DNA of 50,925 nt from a virus: the UHGV virus genome UHGV-1370083. One strand, written 5' to 3'. The position numbers and the translations under genes are program-made. How positions within the stretch are numbered: position 1 is the first letter of the stretch; each line of letters starts with the position of its first letter. The notes under the pieces are model-generated. The model searched no databases. It was not told the origin of the DNA and worked only from the letters and a program-made list of their open reading frames with translations. Positions 9,471 through 18,299 of this stretch are shown here, one piece after another.

Positions 9471-11614
9471 TCTATGTTACCTCCTGTAAGGGTGCCGCCC
9501 ACAGCATCAGTTGCTTCTTGACTATTGACTGCATTAGTTTCATTAGTCTTCTTAACCATACCACTATGAGATGCGCCTGTACCTTCCCTACCAGCATTCT
9601 GTCGTGCACCGCCACGACCATCGATAGGAGTAGGTAAACCAGCACTCTGTCCAGCAGAATTGCCACCCGCAAGCAGCTTACTGTTCTGGAACTCTTGAAT
9701 AACGCGTTGCAAAATATCAGGGTTTTGTAACAAGAGTTGCTCAATATTAGGCGGTAAGTGCTGAGCATTTTCTTTAATGCCTGCTAAAATAGTTTTAGCA
9801 AGAGGATATTGCTGTTGCTCCATCGCGTTCCAAAAGAGGACTCTCGTGTTCGGGTCCATCACATCACCCATCGTACCTTGCATATACTGACTCTGCAGTT
9901 CCTGCCACATAGCCACACGGTTATTAGCAAGAGATGCTGCAGCGTCACTTCCAAATTTGAAGTCGTCACGATAATAAATCTGACCGTACTTGTCTTTAGC
10001 AAGGAACATATACTTATTCCATTCCTCTTCCTCAACGCTACCATCAGGCAATGTCTTGACGAACTTCTGCGACTCATCGCTAAAGGCAAGAAGGTATTTA
10101 AGCACCAGCTCGTACACTGCTGAAAATGCTGCCGCCTTAATGACTCGCAATGACTCAATACGACCTGCGGTTTGCATCGCGCTGAATTCTTTCGCTTTAC
10201 CTGAAGTAGCAGAGGCATCATACTTACCTTGGAATGACTCAGTCACGCCAGACGTTGCTCTTGCAGACTCGTACATCATCTGAGCTGCTGCAATATCTTG
10301 ACTCGTGTCTGCTGCAATCTGTTTATTCTGAACCATCTGCGACTCTTCGTAACTGCGAACATCAATCATCTTGATGCCGTTACCGCTGTCGTTTATTTTA
10401 AGCCGTGCAGGTTTAGTGACTACCGCACCGCTATCCAACGTTTTATCAACCATCTTAGTATACATTTTATTGCATACGTCTTGCATTTCCAAAACCATCT
10501 TAGCTTCGGAGATGCCATACATACTTTCAATAGATGATACTGCAGGTCTCGGAATAAACGGGAGTTGTCTTACAACGTAAAAAGGAATTTCAGTTCCTTT
10601 AGTTAAAAACACTCTCGCTTTGTACTGGTCTTTGTTCTGCTCATCGTTAGACTCACCAGTTTCATACGGGTTATAGACTTCGTATAAGTCTTCTCCCAAT
10701 ATCTCAGTAGTTGCATTCTCGTACTTGAAATTACGTTTGCCACACACAGGACATTGTTTAGCCTGTGGTACAATGGTATGGCACGAGGTGCACTTTCTAA
10801 GCTTACGAATTTGCCAATTCTCTTCATTACAAATAACCTGTCTCGAATGCTGCGCCCACGAGAACTTACCAACGATACGGTCCTCATTAAGATAATAACA
10901 AGTTACCATTGTGATAGTGCTCAGGTCAGTCTCTTCATCAGGACTGGCAGGCTGACTCGTATTACTTGCAACAGGTGTAATACGTCTATGATATAAGTCC
11001 CATATACGCGCAAGAGAGATTTGCTGAAGCTCAAAGATATACTCCAACTGTCTCCAATCTGTGATGCCAGGCTGTGGCACAATTTGGTCAGCTAAGCACA
11101 AGTCAACTTTCACTGTACCAGAAGTGCTATGAGAATTATCCAACGAGTCCCACCATACTTTGTACCAAGAAGTACCATCGACGTATGTAGCTCGCTCATC
11201 TCTGTCGTTCAAATATTTACCGAAGATATTATCTATATTATAACGCAAAAAATCTTCCGTTGTTTCTATCAGCGGAAGGTCACTCTTATATTTAGGTGTC
11301 ATCTTCGGTGTAGGTATAGAGTTATCAATTTTACTCTCTACAAATTCGTACACCATCTTGCGAAGCTGACGAGAATCTGTCTCGCTATCCTCAGTACCAT
11401 CTTTCTTAAGCGCTTTAAGCGTACCGTAATATGCTTTGCGCCATCTCTGAAGGTTCTTAGTATTAGCAAGTTCGTTCTTCTCTTTAGCTGCTTTTGCGAT
11501 GGAGTACAGTGCACTAAACTTGTTTACAAGGTCCTGCTCTTCGTCAGTATTAACGTATGCTTCTACGTCCATACCCCATTGCAGATACCAGTCAATTCTA
11601 CTTATTTTAGCCAT
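9467..11614 (-). CDS. Putative portal protein (715 aa).
   Basis: A large gene immediately downstream of the large terminase, which is the usual portal position. Gly-rich C-terminal tail. GAGAGGTACATTAA before the ATG at 11612-11614. Confidence 0.5.
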   Translation of the reverse strand: MAKISRIDWYLQWGMDVEAYVNTDEEQDLVNKFSALYSIAKAAKEKNELANTKNLQRWRKAYYGTLKALKKDGTEDSETDSRQLRKMVYEFVESKIDNSIPTPKMTPKYKSDLPLIETTEDFLRYNIDNIFGKYLNDRDERATYVDGTSWYKVWWDSLDNSHSTSGTVKVDLCLADQIVPQPGITDWRQLEYIFELQQISLARIWDLYHRRITPVASNTSQPASPDEETDLSTITMVTCYYLNEDRIVGKFSWAQHSRQVICNEENWQIRKLRKCTSCHTIVPQAKQCPVCGKRNFKYENATTEILGEDLYEVYNPYETGESNDEQNKDQYKARVFLTKGTEIPFYVVRQLPFIPRPAVSSIESMYGISEAKMVLEMQDVCNKMYTKMVDKTLDSGAVVTKPARLKINDSGNGIKMIDVRSYEESQMVQNKQIAADTSQDIAAAQMMYESARATSGVTESFQGKYDASATSGKAKEFSAMQTAGRIESLRVIKAAAFSAVYELVLKYLLAFSDESQKFVKTLPDGSVEEEEWNKYMFLAKDKYGQIYYRDDFKFGSDAAASLANNRVAMWQELQSQYMQGTMGDVMDPNTRVLFWNAMEQQQYPLAKTILAGIKENAQHLPPNIEQLLLQNPDILQRVIQEFQNSKLLAGGNSAGQSAGLPTPIDGRGGARQNAGREGTGASHSGMVKKTNETNAVNSQEATDAVGGTLTGGNIE

Positions 11615-11668
11615 TTAATGTACCTCTCAGTTATAATCTATTTAAAAAATTGCAAAAATGTTACACAA

Positions 11669-13390
11669 TCAAGCAAGCGAGGCATGCAAATTATCGGGCA
11701 CGTCATAGTCTGCATCTTCCTCGTACCACTCTTCCGGATAGCCAAACGTTCTGCAATATGCCTCCTTCTGCGCCTCATCTTTAAGCTGGTTATAATCTTC
11801 CCACTGGTCAGGTCTCCAATGTACGTATCTAATCGCTGTGCGGTGTTTAGCAGGCTTAATCTCTCCGGTAATAATTTTAATGATGCGGCTCGTGCCTTGT
11901 GAGTTAGCGTCCACCATATCATCGTGCCTACCGAACGGGAAGGTACTGTGTTGCTTAATAAATTTATCTCGTGCTGTGAGCCCATCATCTCGAGAGTCCC
12001 ACTCAACGTCTGCCTGCTCTTGTGCACTGAAGTCCATTGGCACGTGAAATGCGCCCGTGCTTACAAAAGGTGATATAGCTTGTGCACGAGCGTACTTGCC
12101 GCCTTGAGGGTTAACTGCTACAATAGCAGGCATCGCAGTGTCGTAGCGAAGCACGTCAATAATAGCAGAGCCGTTAGCTTTATCTTCTATAACAAGCTCA
12201 TCAATGTCAGGGAACTCTTTCACAATAGAACGTATCTTTGCAACAGTCTCAGTAAACGCCATACGCTTGTTAATAAGTTTCCACAAATAAATATATTTGC
12301 CTTTGACGCCTAAGAGCTCTATAGCAACGTAGTCGCTTGTCTCAGTATTTTTGAATGTTGCGTCTATCGACAACTGCAGGTAGTCCAAGGAACGTCTTAG
12401 GTCGTCTGTGCGATAGCAAGGAGTCCACCATGATGCGTGGAACAAGTTGCCGATAGCTGCTGAAGGTCTGCCTTGGTAGAGTGCGTTCCACGTACGTGAA
12501 CCGTCTGCTGCAATAACAAGTCTCTTCTTAGCAGCGAGCCACACATTATTATTAAGTATCTTCTGGGGTATCTTGCTCTCGTCGTCACCAACCTGTGCTC
12601 CAACAAGCGCGTCTCCAATATGGCGGCCTAACGGGTCGGGACCTACGTCAGCAGCTTCTTGGTCGTACTCAGCAGGTAAGTTGATGTACTTCCAAATATA
12701 CTCAGCCCAGTTAGTCAATATCCAACCAATAACGTCGTTCTCAACCCAGCGCGTCTGTATGACAATAAGTTTGCCACCAGGGTGAATACGGGACTGAACT
12801 GACGGGCCCATTTCGTCGTGTATTTTAGCAATAACAGTCTCACTGTCAGCTTGCTCTTTGTTTTTGATAGGGTCATCAATTATGAACAGCTCTGCGCCGT
12901 GACCAGTGATACCGGCCTTTAGACCTGCGGCTCTGCACTTGCCTCCGAGGATGGTCTCCCACTGAGCAACGCCTTGCACTGACGGGTTAGGTCTGCAGTC
13001 GTGTATGTAGCTGCCATCTTTAGCTTGCTGCAAAAACACTTCTTGTGCAATGGTACTGAACTTATCTCTGTTGCGACGTGAGAAGCTCTCTGCAAAGGAG
13101 CTCTCGTAGCCTGCAATTATCACAGCATCTGTAGGATGCTTGCCAAGGAACCACGATGGCAATGTCTCTGTCACTGTGTAGCTCTTGCCATGCTGAGGAG
13201 GTACTGACAACAATAATATGTCCATAGCACCGTTGGTACAAGGCGCCTCAAGGAACGCCTGTATCTCGTCGCACAAATATCTGTGGAAGCGCGACATATA
13301 AAACCCTGGGTTAGCCAAGGCAACGTACGTGCCATAGTCTGACCTGGCCTTGCGGCGAAGTAACTCGCCCTCGAGTGTGTTAGGTATCAT
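11669..13390 (-). CDS. Terminase large subunit. Start revised to the internal ATG, giving about 573 aa.
   Basis: Walker A PQHGKS and Walker B LFIIDDP, with a C-terminal acidic nuclease-like region. AAAGGAGACTCACATC before the ATG at 13388-13390. The ORF-track start at 13414 is GTG with no RBS. Confidence 0.7.
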   Translation of the reverse strand: MIPNTLEGELLRRKARSDYGTYVALANPGFYMSRFHRYLCDEIQAFLEAPCTNGAMDILLLSVPPQHGKSYTVTETLPSWFLGKHPTDAVIIAGYESSFAESFSRRNRDKFSTIAQEVFLQQAKDGSYIHDCRPNPSVQGVAQWETILGGKCRAAGLKAGITGHGAELFIIDDPIKNKEQADSETVIAKIHDEMGPSVQSRIHPGGKLIVIQTRWVENDVIGWILTNWAEYIWKYINLPAEYDQEAADVGPDPLGRHIGDALVGAQVGDDESKIPQKILNNNVWLAAKKRLVIAADGSRTWNALYQGRPSAAIGNLFHASWWTPCYRTDDLRRSLDYLQLSIDATFKNTETSDYVAIELLGVKGKYIYLWKLINKRMAFTETVAKIRSIVKEFPDIDELVIEDKANGSAIIDVLRYDTAMPAIVAVNPQGGKYARAQAISPFVSTGAFHVPMDFSAQEQADVEWDSRDDGLTARDKFIKQHSTFPFGRHDDMVDANSQGTSRIIKIITGEIKPAKHRTAIRYVHWRPDQWEDYNQLKDEAQKEAYCRTFGYPEEWYEEDADYDVPDNLHASLA

Positions 13391-13404
13391 GATGTGAGTC
13401 TCCT

Positions 13405-13707
13405 TTATAGCCACTTAGCGCCATGCTTGCGCTGGTGACGCTTAATGAGTTTATGAACGGGCTTGCTCAACGCGAACGTGATGCCAAACTGTATAGGCAT
13501 CGCAGGTGTGAACGGGCCTGCCCAAAATAGCCAATAGGCTGTAGCAATAGCTGCGCCTCTGGCTCGGTGAGTGATGAGTGTGTAGGCGTAGCCAATGATG
13601 CAAGGACTGAAGAATGCAACCAGCACTAGTAAATATATCACAATATTGACCGGGTCCTTAAGCTGCGTTAGCACGTCCTTGACGAATGTGATGAACTTAT
13701 GTATCAT
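13405..13707 (-). CDS. Small membrane protein. Start revised to an ATG, giving about 100 aa.
   Basis: Two hydrophobic helices. GGAG before the ATG at 13705-13707. The ORF-track start is TTG. Confidence 0.35.
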   Translation of the reverse strand: MIHKFITFVKDVLTQLKDPVNIVIYLLVLVAFFSPCIIGYAYTLITHRARGAAIATAYWLFWAGPFTPAMPIQFGITFALSKPVHKLIKRHQRKHGAKWL

Positions 13708-13801
13708 GCGAGTCTCCAATGAGGTATAAATAAGAGCCCACAGCGGAGGGCTATGAGCTCTTAGAAGTTATGGCCCTGGACGGATGGCCCTGCGGGTAAT
13801 G

Positions 13802-14005
13802 CTAGTCCTCCCAGCAGTCGAGTCGTGCTGTGAGTATGTTATGGTATGCCACCATGTGCCTGTACTGTTTGCGCAACAACTTGCGTGCCCTGCGCGACAA
13901 GGTGGTGTAGCGTGAGCTGGTGGCTATGAACAAATTAAGCTTGTTAATATTATTGCGCAGTGCTTCTTGCTCCTCAATCACTCTCTGTTTAGCCGTTGTT
14001 ATCAT
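13802..14005 (-). CDS. Small basic protein. Start revised to an ATG, giving about 67 aa.
   Basis: GAGGAGG before the ATG at 14003-14005. The ORF-track start is TTG at 14026. Confidence 0.3.
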   Translation of the reverse strand: MITTAKQRVIEEQEALRNNINKLNLFIATSSRYTTLSRRARKLLRKQYRHMVAYHNILTARLDCWED

Positions 14006-14489
14006 GAGTAGTGTCCTCCTCTGCAATGTGATGTTCTGGCGTAGCCGACTGGGCCCCGGACTTAGATGCTCTAAATGCTGCTAATGCCTCAAGCTCCTCG
14101 TCGCTAAGCTCCTCATAAGGGTTGACGTTAGTGACCTCGGACTTGCTCTCGTCCACAGGCTTAGCTCCGACAGTGTCACGAATGAAGGTAGCTGACGCAG
14201 GGTTATGTCTTGCATGAATAGCTTGACACCGCAATATCATTTCCAGCTCGGTTGGCTCACGGTCTTCTTTCTGCAATGTGGCAATGTCTCTTGACAAAGA
14301 CGCATAACCATATGACTCAATCTGGGTGTCTACTGTCGGACAACCATCTTTGTCCAACGACTCGGTCTTAGAAGATGCTGGCGACTGCAAAATAGCCATA
14401 CCAACAGAGCGCCACGCGTCTCTTGCAAATTTAGGGTCACCAAACAGGTTTTTACCCTCTTTATACTCTCTTTCTTGCTTGTTACTCAT
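13989..14489 (-). CDS. Acidic protein (166 aa), first gene of the morphogenesis operon. Candidate small terminase by position only.
   Basis: AAGGAGGTTAT before the ATG at 14487-14489. No motif supports the functional guess. Confidence 0.4.
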   Translation of the reverse strand: MSNKQEREYKEGKNLFGDPKFARDAWRSVGMAILQSPASSKTESLDKDGCPTVDTQIESYGYASLSRDIATLQKEDREPTELEMILRCQAIHARHNPASATFIRDTVGAKPVDESKSEVTNVNPYEELSDEELEALAAFRASKSGAQSATPEHHIAEEDTTHDNNG

Positions 14490-15049
14490 ATAACCTCCTT
14501 AGTCCTCGAACTTATGATGATAGATGCTATCGTGTTTGGGTACTTCATGGTTCGGAGAAACCAAGCGATAGAACAAGGTAGCGGGGAACATAATAATTTT
14601 CTGGATAATTACAAAAATTTTCATACTAACCTCCGGGGAATTATTCCTATATTATAGTATATACAATATTTTTCAAAAAATTTTACAAAATTTTATTTAT
14701 TACAAGGAGGTGATATGACGCGGAGCACTGGAAAGTTAATATATTTCAAAAGGAATGAAAGTGCGAGATTTGCGTTTTAATGTGTAATTGATTTAGTCTT
14801 GAGAAATATAAGGGAGAAGGTATCGCGCGCACGTATTATATATTAGAATGCGCGTATGATAATTTTGAGTGGAGATGGGTGGAGGAGAAGGGTGAGGGAA
14901 TAGGAGGAGCTGAAAAGTATAAATTATTTACTATACCGCCTCTCGGGGACCGCGCCAATTCTTTATTTTTAATATATTTCAAAACCAATTTAATATGAAC
15001 AATCAAAACAAACAAAATCAAATCGGATTGTTCAAAAGGTAGGTATATC
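14490..15049. promoter_or_regulatory. 560-bp divergent control region between the leftward morphogenesis block and the rightward early block.
   Basis: No credible long ORF. It holds direct repeats of TTAATATATTTCAAAA (14736-14751 and 14969-14984). It holds a GC-clamped palindrome GCGCGCA-CGTATTATATATTAGAA-TGCGCG (14825-14855). A 21-codon micro-ORF with a perfect Shine-Dalgarno lies at 14715-14780. Confidence 0.5.
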
Positions 15050-15499
15050 ATGAAAGTTATTGTTAAAAAATCAAGCGATTTCAAGTCCGGCTATGCTATG
15101 TCCATTATAGACGACACCGGCAAAGCAAACACATGCGAGCTCAATTTTTGGTCGGCTGGCAAGACAAACCCGCGGTATAAGGATACACTCTTATTGCCGA
15201 AAAATCCGGCTAATAGAACATACTTCGATGTCAAGCAATTTGCAAAGAAGGGTGTAGACGAAATCGAACTCGAATACCGTGAAACCCGCATCCTTGGGCC
15301 CTACAATGTTGGTGTGCCAAAAAAGGACTGGACGGAATACATGACGGAAGAAGAAAAAGCTCAATATGATGCTATCCGGCATGCTTGCTTTGAAAGAAAG
15401 AAAGTTGCAGAAACACCGAAACCGCTCACGGAAGCTGAAAAACTGCAGCTCGAAATCGAAAAGCTCACGAAAAAGCTTGAGGCTCTGCAAAGCAAATAA
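15050..15499 (+). CDS. Early protein (149 aa), paralog-family member 1 (KNPANRTYF motif plus a C-terminal coiled coil).
   Basis: Aligns with ORFs 17590..18072 and 18087..18299. ATG at 15050. Confidence 0.5.
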   Translation: MKVIVKKSSDFKSGYAMSIIDDTGKANTCELNFWSAGKTNPRYKDTLLLPKNPANRTYFDVKQFAKKGVDEIELEYRETRILGPYNVGVPKKDWTEYMTEEEKAQYDAIRHACFERKKVAETPKPLTEAEKLQLEIEKLTKKLEALQSK

Positions 15500-15569
15500 G
15501 CAGAACAAGACAGATGGCTGGGTGATTATAAGCTCAGCCATCAAAAGCAAAATATAAGAAAGTATCAAT

Positions 15570-15821
15570 ATGTACGCAATAATTGTTATAAGTAAAGACC
15601 ATCTCGTGCTCAACGAAGAGCTTAAACCGGCAAAAACGTGGTTCGGGCGATGGAAGCAAAGACGTTTCTTGTCGAAAGTTATGAAATGTGACCACGGCTT
15701 GAGACGCTGTGACTTCGAGTTTCACAATTGCAAAGACGAAGCTCAATTCAACATTTGGCTTAAAATGCTCGAATTAGCCAATCTCAGATGGCTCACATCA
15801 ATCGAGGTGCCAACAAGATGA
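15570..15821 (+). CDS. Hypothetical protein (83 aa).
   Basis: ATG at 15570. The RBS is weak. Confidence 0.35.
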   Translation: MYAIIVISKDHLVLNEELKPAKTWFGRWKQRRFLSKVMKCDHGLRRCDFEFHNCKDEAQFNIWLKMLELANLRWLTSIEVPTR

Positions 15822-15955
15822 ACACACTTAAAAGTCGTATCAACACAATGACTTTAGACCAGGTTGAAATCTGGTTTAAAGTGCACTTGATGCTTGAACA
15901 TGCAGATTTGGCAATCAAAGCACACAGCTTTTGGAAAACTTATCATTTGAGGTGA
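15818..15955 (+). CDS. Possible small protein (45 aa, MNTLKSRINTMTLDQ...).
   Basis: ATGA stop-start overlap with the previous ORF. It fills a gap before 15962 and is below the ORF-track size cutoff. Confidence 0.2.
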   Translation: MNTLKSRINTMTLDQVEIWFKVHLMLEHADLAIKAHSFWKTYHLR

Positions 15956-15961
15956 ATAAAT

Positions 15962-16297
15962 ATGAAAATTGAAGGTTTCACAGTACAATTCAACACGTCG
16001 GCAACAAATTACAGAGGGCAGCTCATTGAGGCTGTACCTTATTGGAGACTCTATCTTGTCGACCGCTCAGACCGGCACAATCCAGTACGCACGGCTATCG
16101 GTGTCTACTCATTGCATGAGCTTCAACTTTATTTCCGTAGCATATATGACAATAAAGGTGTGCCAGCACCCGGACGCTCGTTTGAAGCATATGCTCGAGC
16201 TTCGCGACGTGTAAATCGCAAGCCCAATAGTATATCATCCAAAGAGCTTAAGGAAAAGATAAAGCAACTTGAAAGAAAGCTCAAAGGACTTATGTAA
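15962..16297 (+). CDS. Hypothetical protein (111 aa) with a coiled-coil C-terminus.
   Basis: GAGGTGAATAAAT before the ATG at 15962. Confidence 0.45.
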   Translation: MKIEGFTVQFNTSATNYRGQLIEAVPYWRLYLVDRSDRHNPVRTAIGVYSLHELQLYFRSIYDNKGVPAPGRSFEAYARASRRVNRKPNSISSKELKEKIKQLERKLKGLM

Positions 16298-16735
16298 CAG
16301 CTCAGCGTTTTGCAAGGTGTAGTGCGGCCGAAGGCTTCTCGATTATAATTTTTCGGAAGTCTTTTCGGGCATTACACAAAATTCAAAATTATTCTACTTT
16401 TTCGAAATTTTAATGACGAAAATTTTGTGAAAAGGGTTTTGAATTTGGGTTAAGGTTTACGGGTTTGGTTTTGCACCTGCAAATTTGAGAAAATTTTTCC
16501 GAAAAAATATAAGGGGGGGGGCCATTTTCCACATATTAAATAAAAATTATTATTCAGCCACTAACCCGGTAAAAATAATTATATATATACATACATTATA
16601 ATATAATAATCGGGGGGGGGCTATATATTTTTCGGAAAAAGATTTGAAAAATTTCAAGTGCAAAACCTAAACTCCAAACCCTTTTCGTCAACGTCTAAAA
16701 TAAATAAATAAACAATAAATCAAGGAGGCATTTTT
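16298..16735. promoter_or_regulatory. Structured non-coding region and candidate replication origin: inverted repeat, G9, AT-rich spacer, G9, inverted repeat, plus iterons.
   Basis: The left arm (about 16408-16512) and right arm (about 16621-16692) are imperfect reverse complements. G9 tracts lie at 16513-16521 and 16612-16620. A 90-bp spacer of more than 80% AT separates them. TTTTTCGGAA/TTCCGAAAAA occurs three times, at about 16348, 16494 and 16627. Confidence 0.4.
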
Positions 16736-17404
16736 ATGCACGACTATTGTAAAAACTCAGCTCACTCCAGCAACTTCAATCTTGCAGTCACTCTGACGAA
16801 AGATACTATCTTACAACAGCCAGACCACTCTTGCTTTGCTTTTCCGTCATACTGGACTCTCGACTGTTGCTTGAAACGGTTGACCCAGCTTATTGGCAAG
16901 CCGACCAGACAATACATTGCAGAGACTCATCGCAAAGAAAATGACTACGACAGTGAGGATGAGATTATTGCGGTGCCTTATAACACATACGACTTCATTG
17001 TCGCTACCGACAATATGTACTTCATTGTCAGAGATACACCGGATGACGCGTTCCATCACTCTTACAAGTTTGAGGTTCGGCACGGCGAGTATAAGCCGGA
17101 CCACTTGTATTGCTACACCTACAATCTTGTGCCGTTCACAACTAAAACCTTCAAGCTTACATATCGCAAGAATACTAAAATGTTCTACCTGTTCGAAGGT
17201 TCTACCGTTGTGTGTTGCAATAAGGACTACGACTGGATATGCGCCGTGGTTATTAACAAGCTTGTTGATAAGACTGACCCGCTCACTTACCGGCTCAAGC
17301 ATCGCATCAAGTTGTCAAAGGGTTATGTTGAGTGGTGCAAAGACAACGGCATGCCGCTCGTGACTGACGGTTATGAGCCTCGCGCGTACGTGACATTATT
17401 ATAA
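16736..17404 (+). CDS. Hypothetical protein (222 aa), Cys/Tyr-rich, of unknown function.
   Basis: CAAGGAGG before the ATG at 16736. Its GC content is visibly higher than the downstream modules. Confidence 0.5.
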   Translation: MHDYCKNSAHSSNFNLAVTLTKDTILQQPDHSCFAFPSYWTLDCCLKRLTQLIGKPTRQYIAETHRKENDYDSEDEIIAVPYNTYDFIVATDNMYFIVRDTPDDAFHHSYKFEVRHGEYKPDHLYCYTYNLVPFTTKTFKLTYRKNTKMFYLFEGSTVVCCNKDYDWICAVVINKLVDKTDPLTYRLKHRIKLSKGYVEWCKDNGMPLVTDGYEPRAYVTLL

Positions 17405-17502
17405 TATACGTGCGCACGGCGCGATAACACCACATTACAAAGATAGTTCATAATATTGCAGTACTGACATGCATAATCAGTCAGTGAATAATTTTTTAAA
17501 AA

Positions 17503-17525
17503 TCGTATATATTATATATGTACGA
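17503..17525. promoter_or_regulatory. 23-bp palindromic element TCGTATATATTATATATGTACGA, a candidate operator or phage-specific promoter.
   Basis: Arms TCGTATA and TGTACGA flank a TATTATATA centre. A near-identical copy sits at 26350-26372. It lies 65 nt upstream of the ATG at 17590. Confidence 0.45.
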
Positions 17526-17589
17526 CGAATTCGATATATCCCGTCGACTGACGGATATAAATAAATTTTAGCTCAGGAGGAACATAAAC

Positions 17590-18072
17590 ATGAGCGAACA
17601 GGAAGTTATGGTAGCTGGTGTCGATTACGACCCGAACAAAGTGTATGCGAAAATCATCCGCGACGATAACGGCGATTTTCACATTGAGGACGAAGATGGA
17701 ACGGTTGGCCCCGTGCTTAAGTTCTACGAAGAAAACGGCAAGACCATTGGTTTGACCAAGAACGCCGCTAACCGCAGATACTTCAGCAAGGCTAAAGCTA
17801 TTGCCATCATCAACGAGAAAGGTTATGTGCCTTTGTATTACAAGCCGGACAAACCCGCTGGTACGCTTGGCATTAAGCATTTCCCGTACGACAAGTGGCT
17901 CTGCTATCTTGAAGAGGATGAGCAGAACGAGGTTAAAGCACTGTACGCCAAAGCACTTGAAGCTAAGGCAGCAGACAAGAAAGCGCCTAAGAGTGACGTT
18001 GAGAAATTGCAGGACAAGATTGCAAAGGCTCAGGCAGCTCTTAACAAACTTCTTGCCGAAGGTAATAACTAA
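17590..18072 (+). CDS. Early protein (160 aa), paralog-family member 2 (KNAANRRYF motif plus an Ala/Lys-rich coiled-coil C-terminus).
   Basis: CAGGAGGAACATAAAC before the ATG. Aligns with ORF 15050..15499. Confidence 0.5.
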   Translation: MSEQEVMVAGVDYDPNKVYAKIIRDDNGDFHIEDEDGTVGPVLKFYEENGKTIGLTKNAANRRYFSKAKAIAIINEKGYVPLYYKPDKPAGTLGIKHFPYDKWLCYLEEDEQNEVKALYAKALEAKAADKKAPKSDVEKLQDKIAKAQAALNKLLAEGNN

Positions 18073-18086
18073 GGAGGTACACTACA

Positions 18087-18299
18087 ATGGCTAACAAGAC
18101 CGTATTTGATTACATGACTGATGAAGAGTATGCACGTTACACGGAGCTTCAGGACAAAGCTTTGGCAGCTAAGGCAGCGCAGCCTAAAGTGCGCAAAGAA
18201 CGTGCGCCGATGACGTCCGAGCAGAAAATTGCGCAGGCTCAGAAACGCATCGAGGCAGCGCAGAAGAAACTTGCAGAGCTTATGGCAATGCAGGCTTAA
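18087..18299 (+). CDS. Early protein (70 aa), paralog-family member 3 (C-terminal module only: DYMTDEEYARYTEL...).
   Basis: TAAGGAGGT before the ATG. Aligns with the C-terminal halves of ORFs 15050 and 17590. Confidence 0.45.
   Translation: MANKTVFDYMTDEEYARYTELQDKALAAKAAQPKVRKERAPMTSEQKIAQAQKRIEAAQKKLAELMAMQA

Noticed and set aside
11638-12027. 129-aa minus-strand ORF overlapping the terminase gene in another frame. Likewise 9472..9768 overlapping the portal gene.
   Set aside because: They are embedded entirely in well-supported larger genes. They have no RBS and an Arg/Ser-rich composition typical of alternative-frame noise.
14855-14870. Bacteroides-type promoter -7 element TAnnTTTG (TAATTTTG), considered when weighing a Bacteroidetes host.
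   Set aside because: It is a single occurrence, whereas almost all genes carry canonical strong Shine-Dalgarno sequences, which Bacteroidetes genes and phages lack. A Firmicutes-like host is more consistent.
16513-16620. G9 homopolymer tracts taken as proof of a misassembly join.
   Set aside because: They cannot be judged from sequence alone. They are embedded in a symmetric inverted-repeat architecture that looks biological. They are retained as a caveat inside the origin finding rather than as a separate artefact call.
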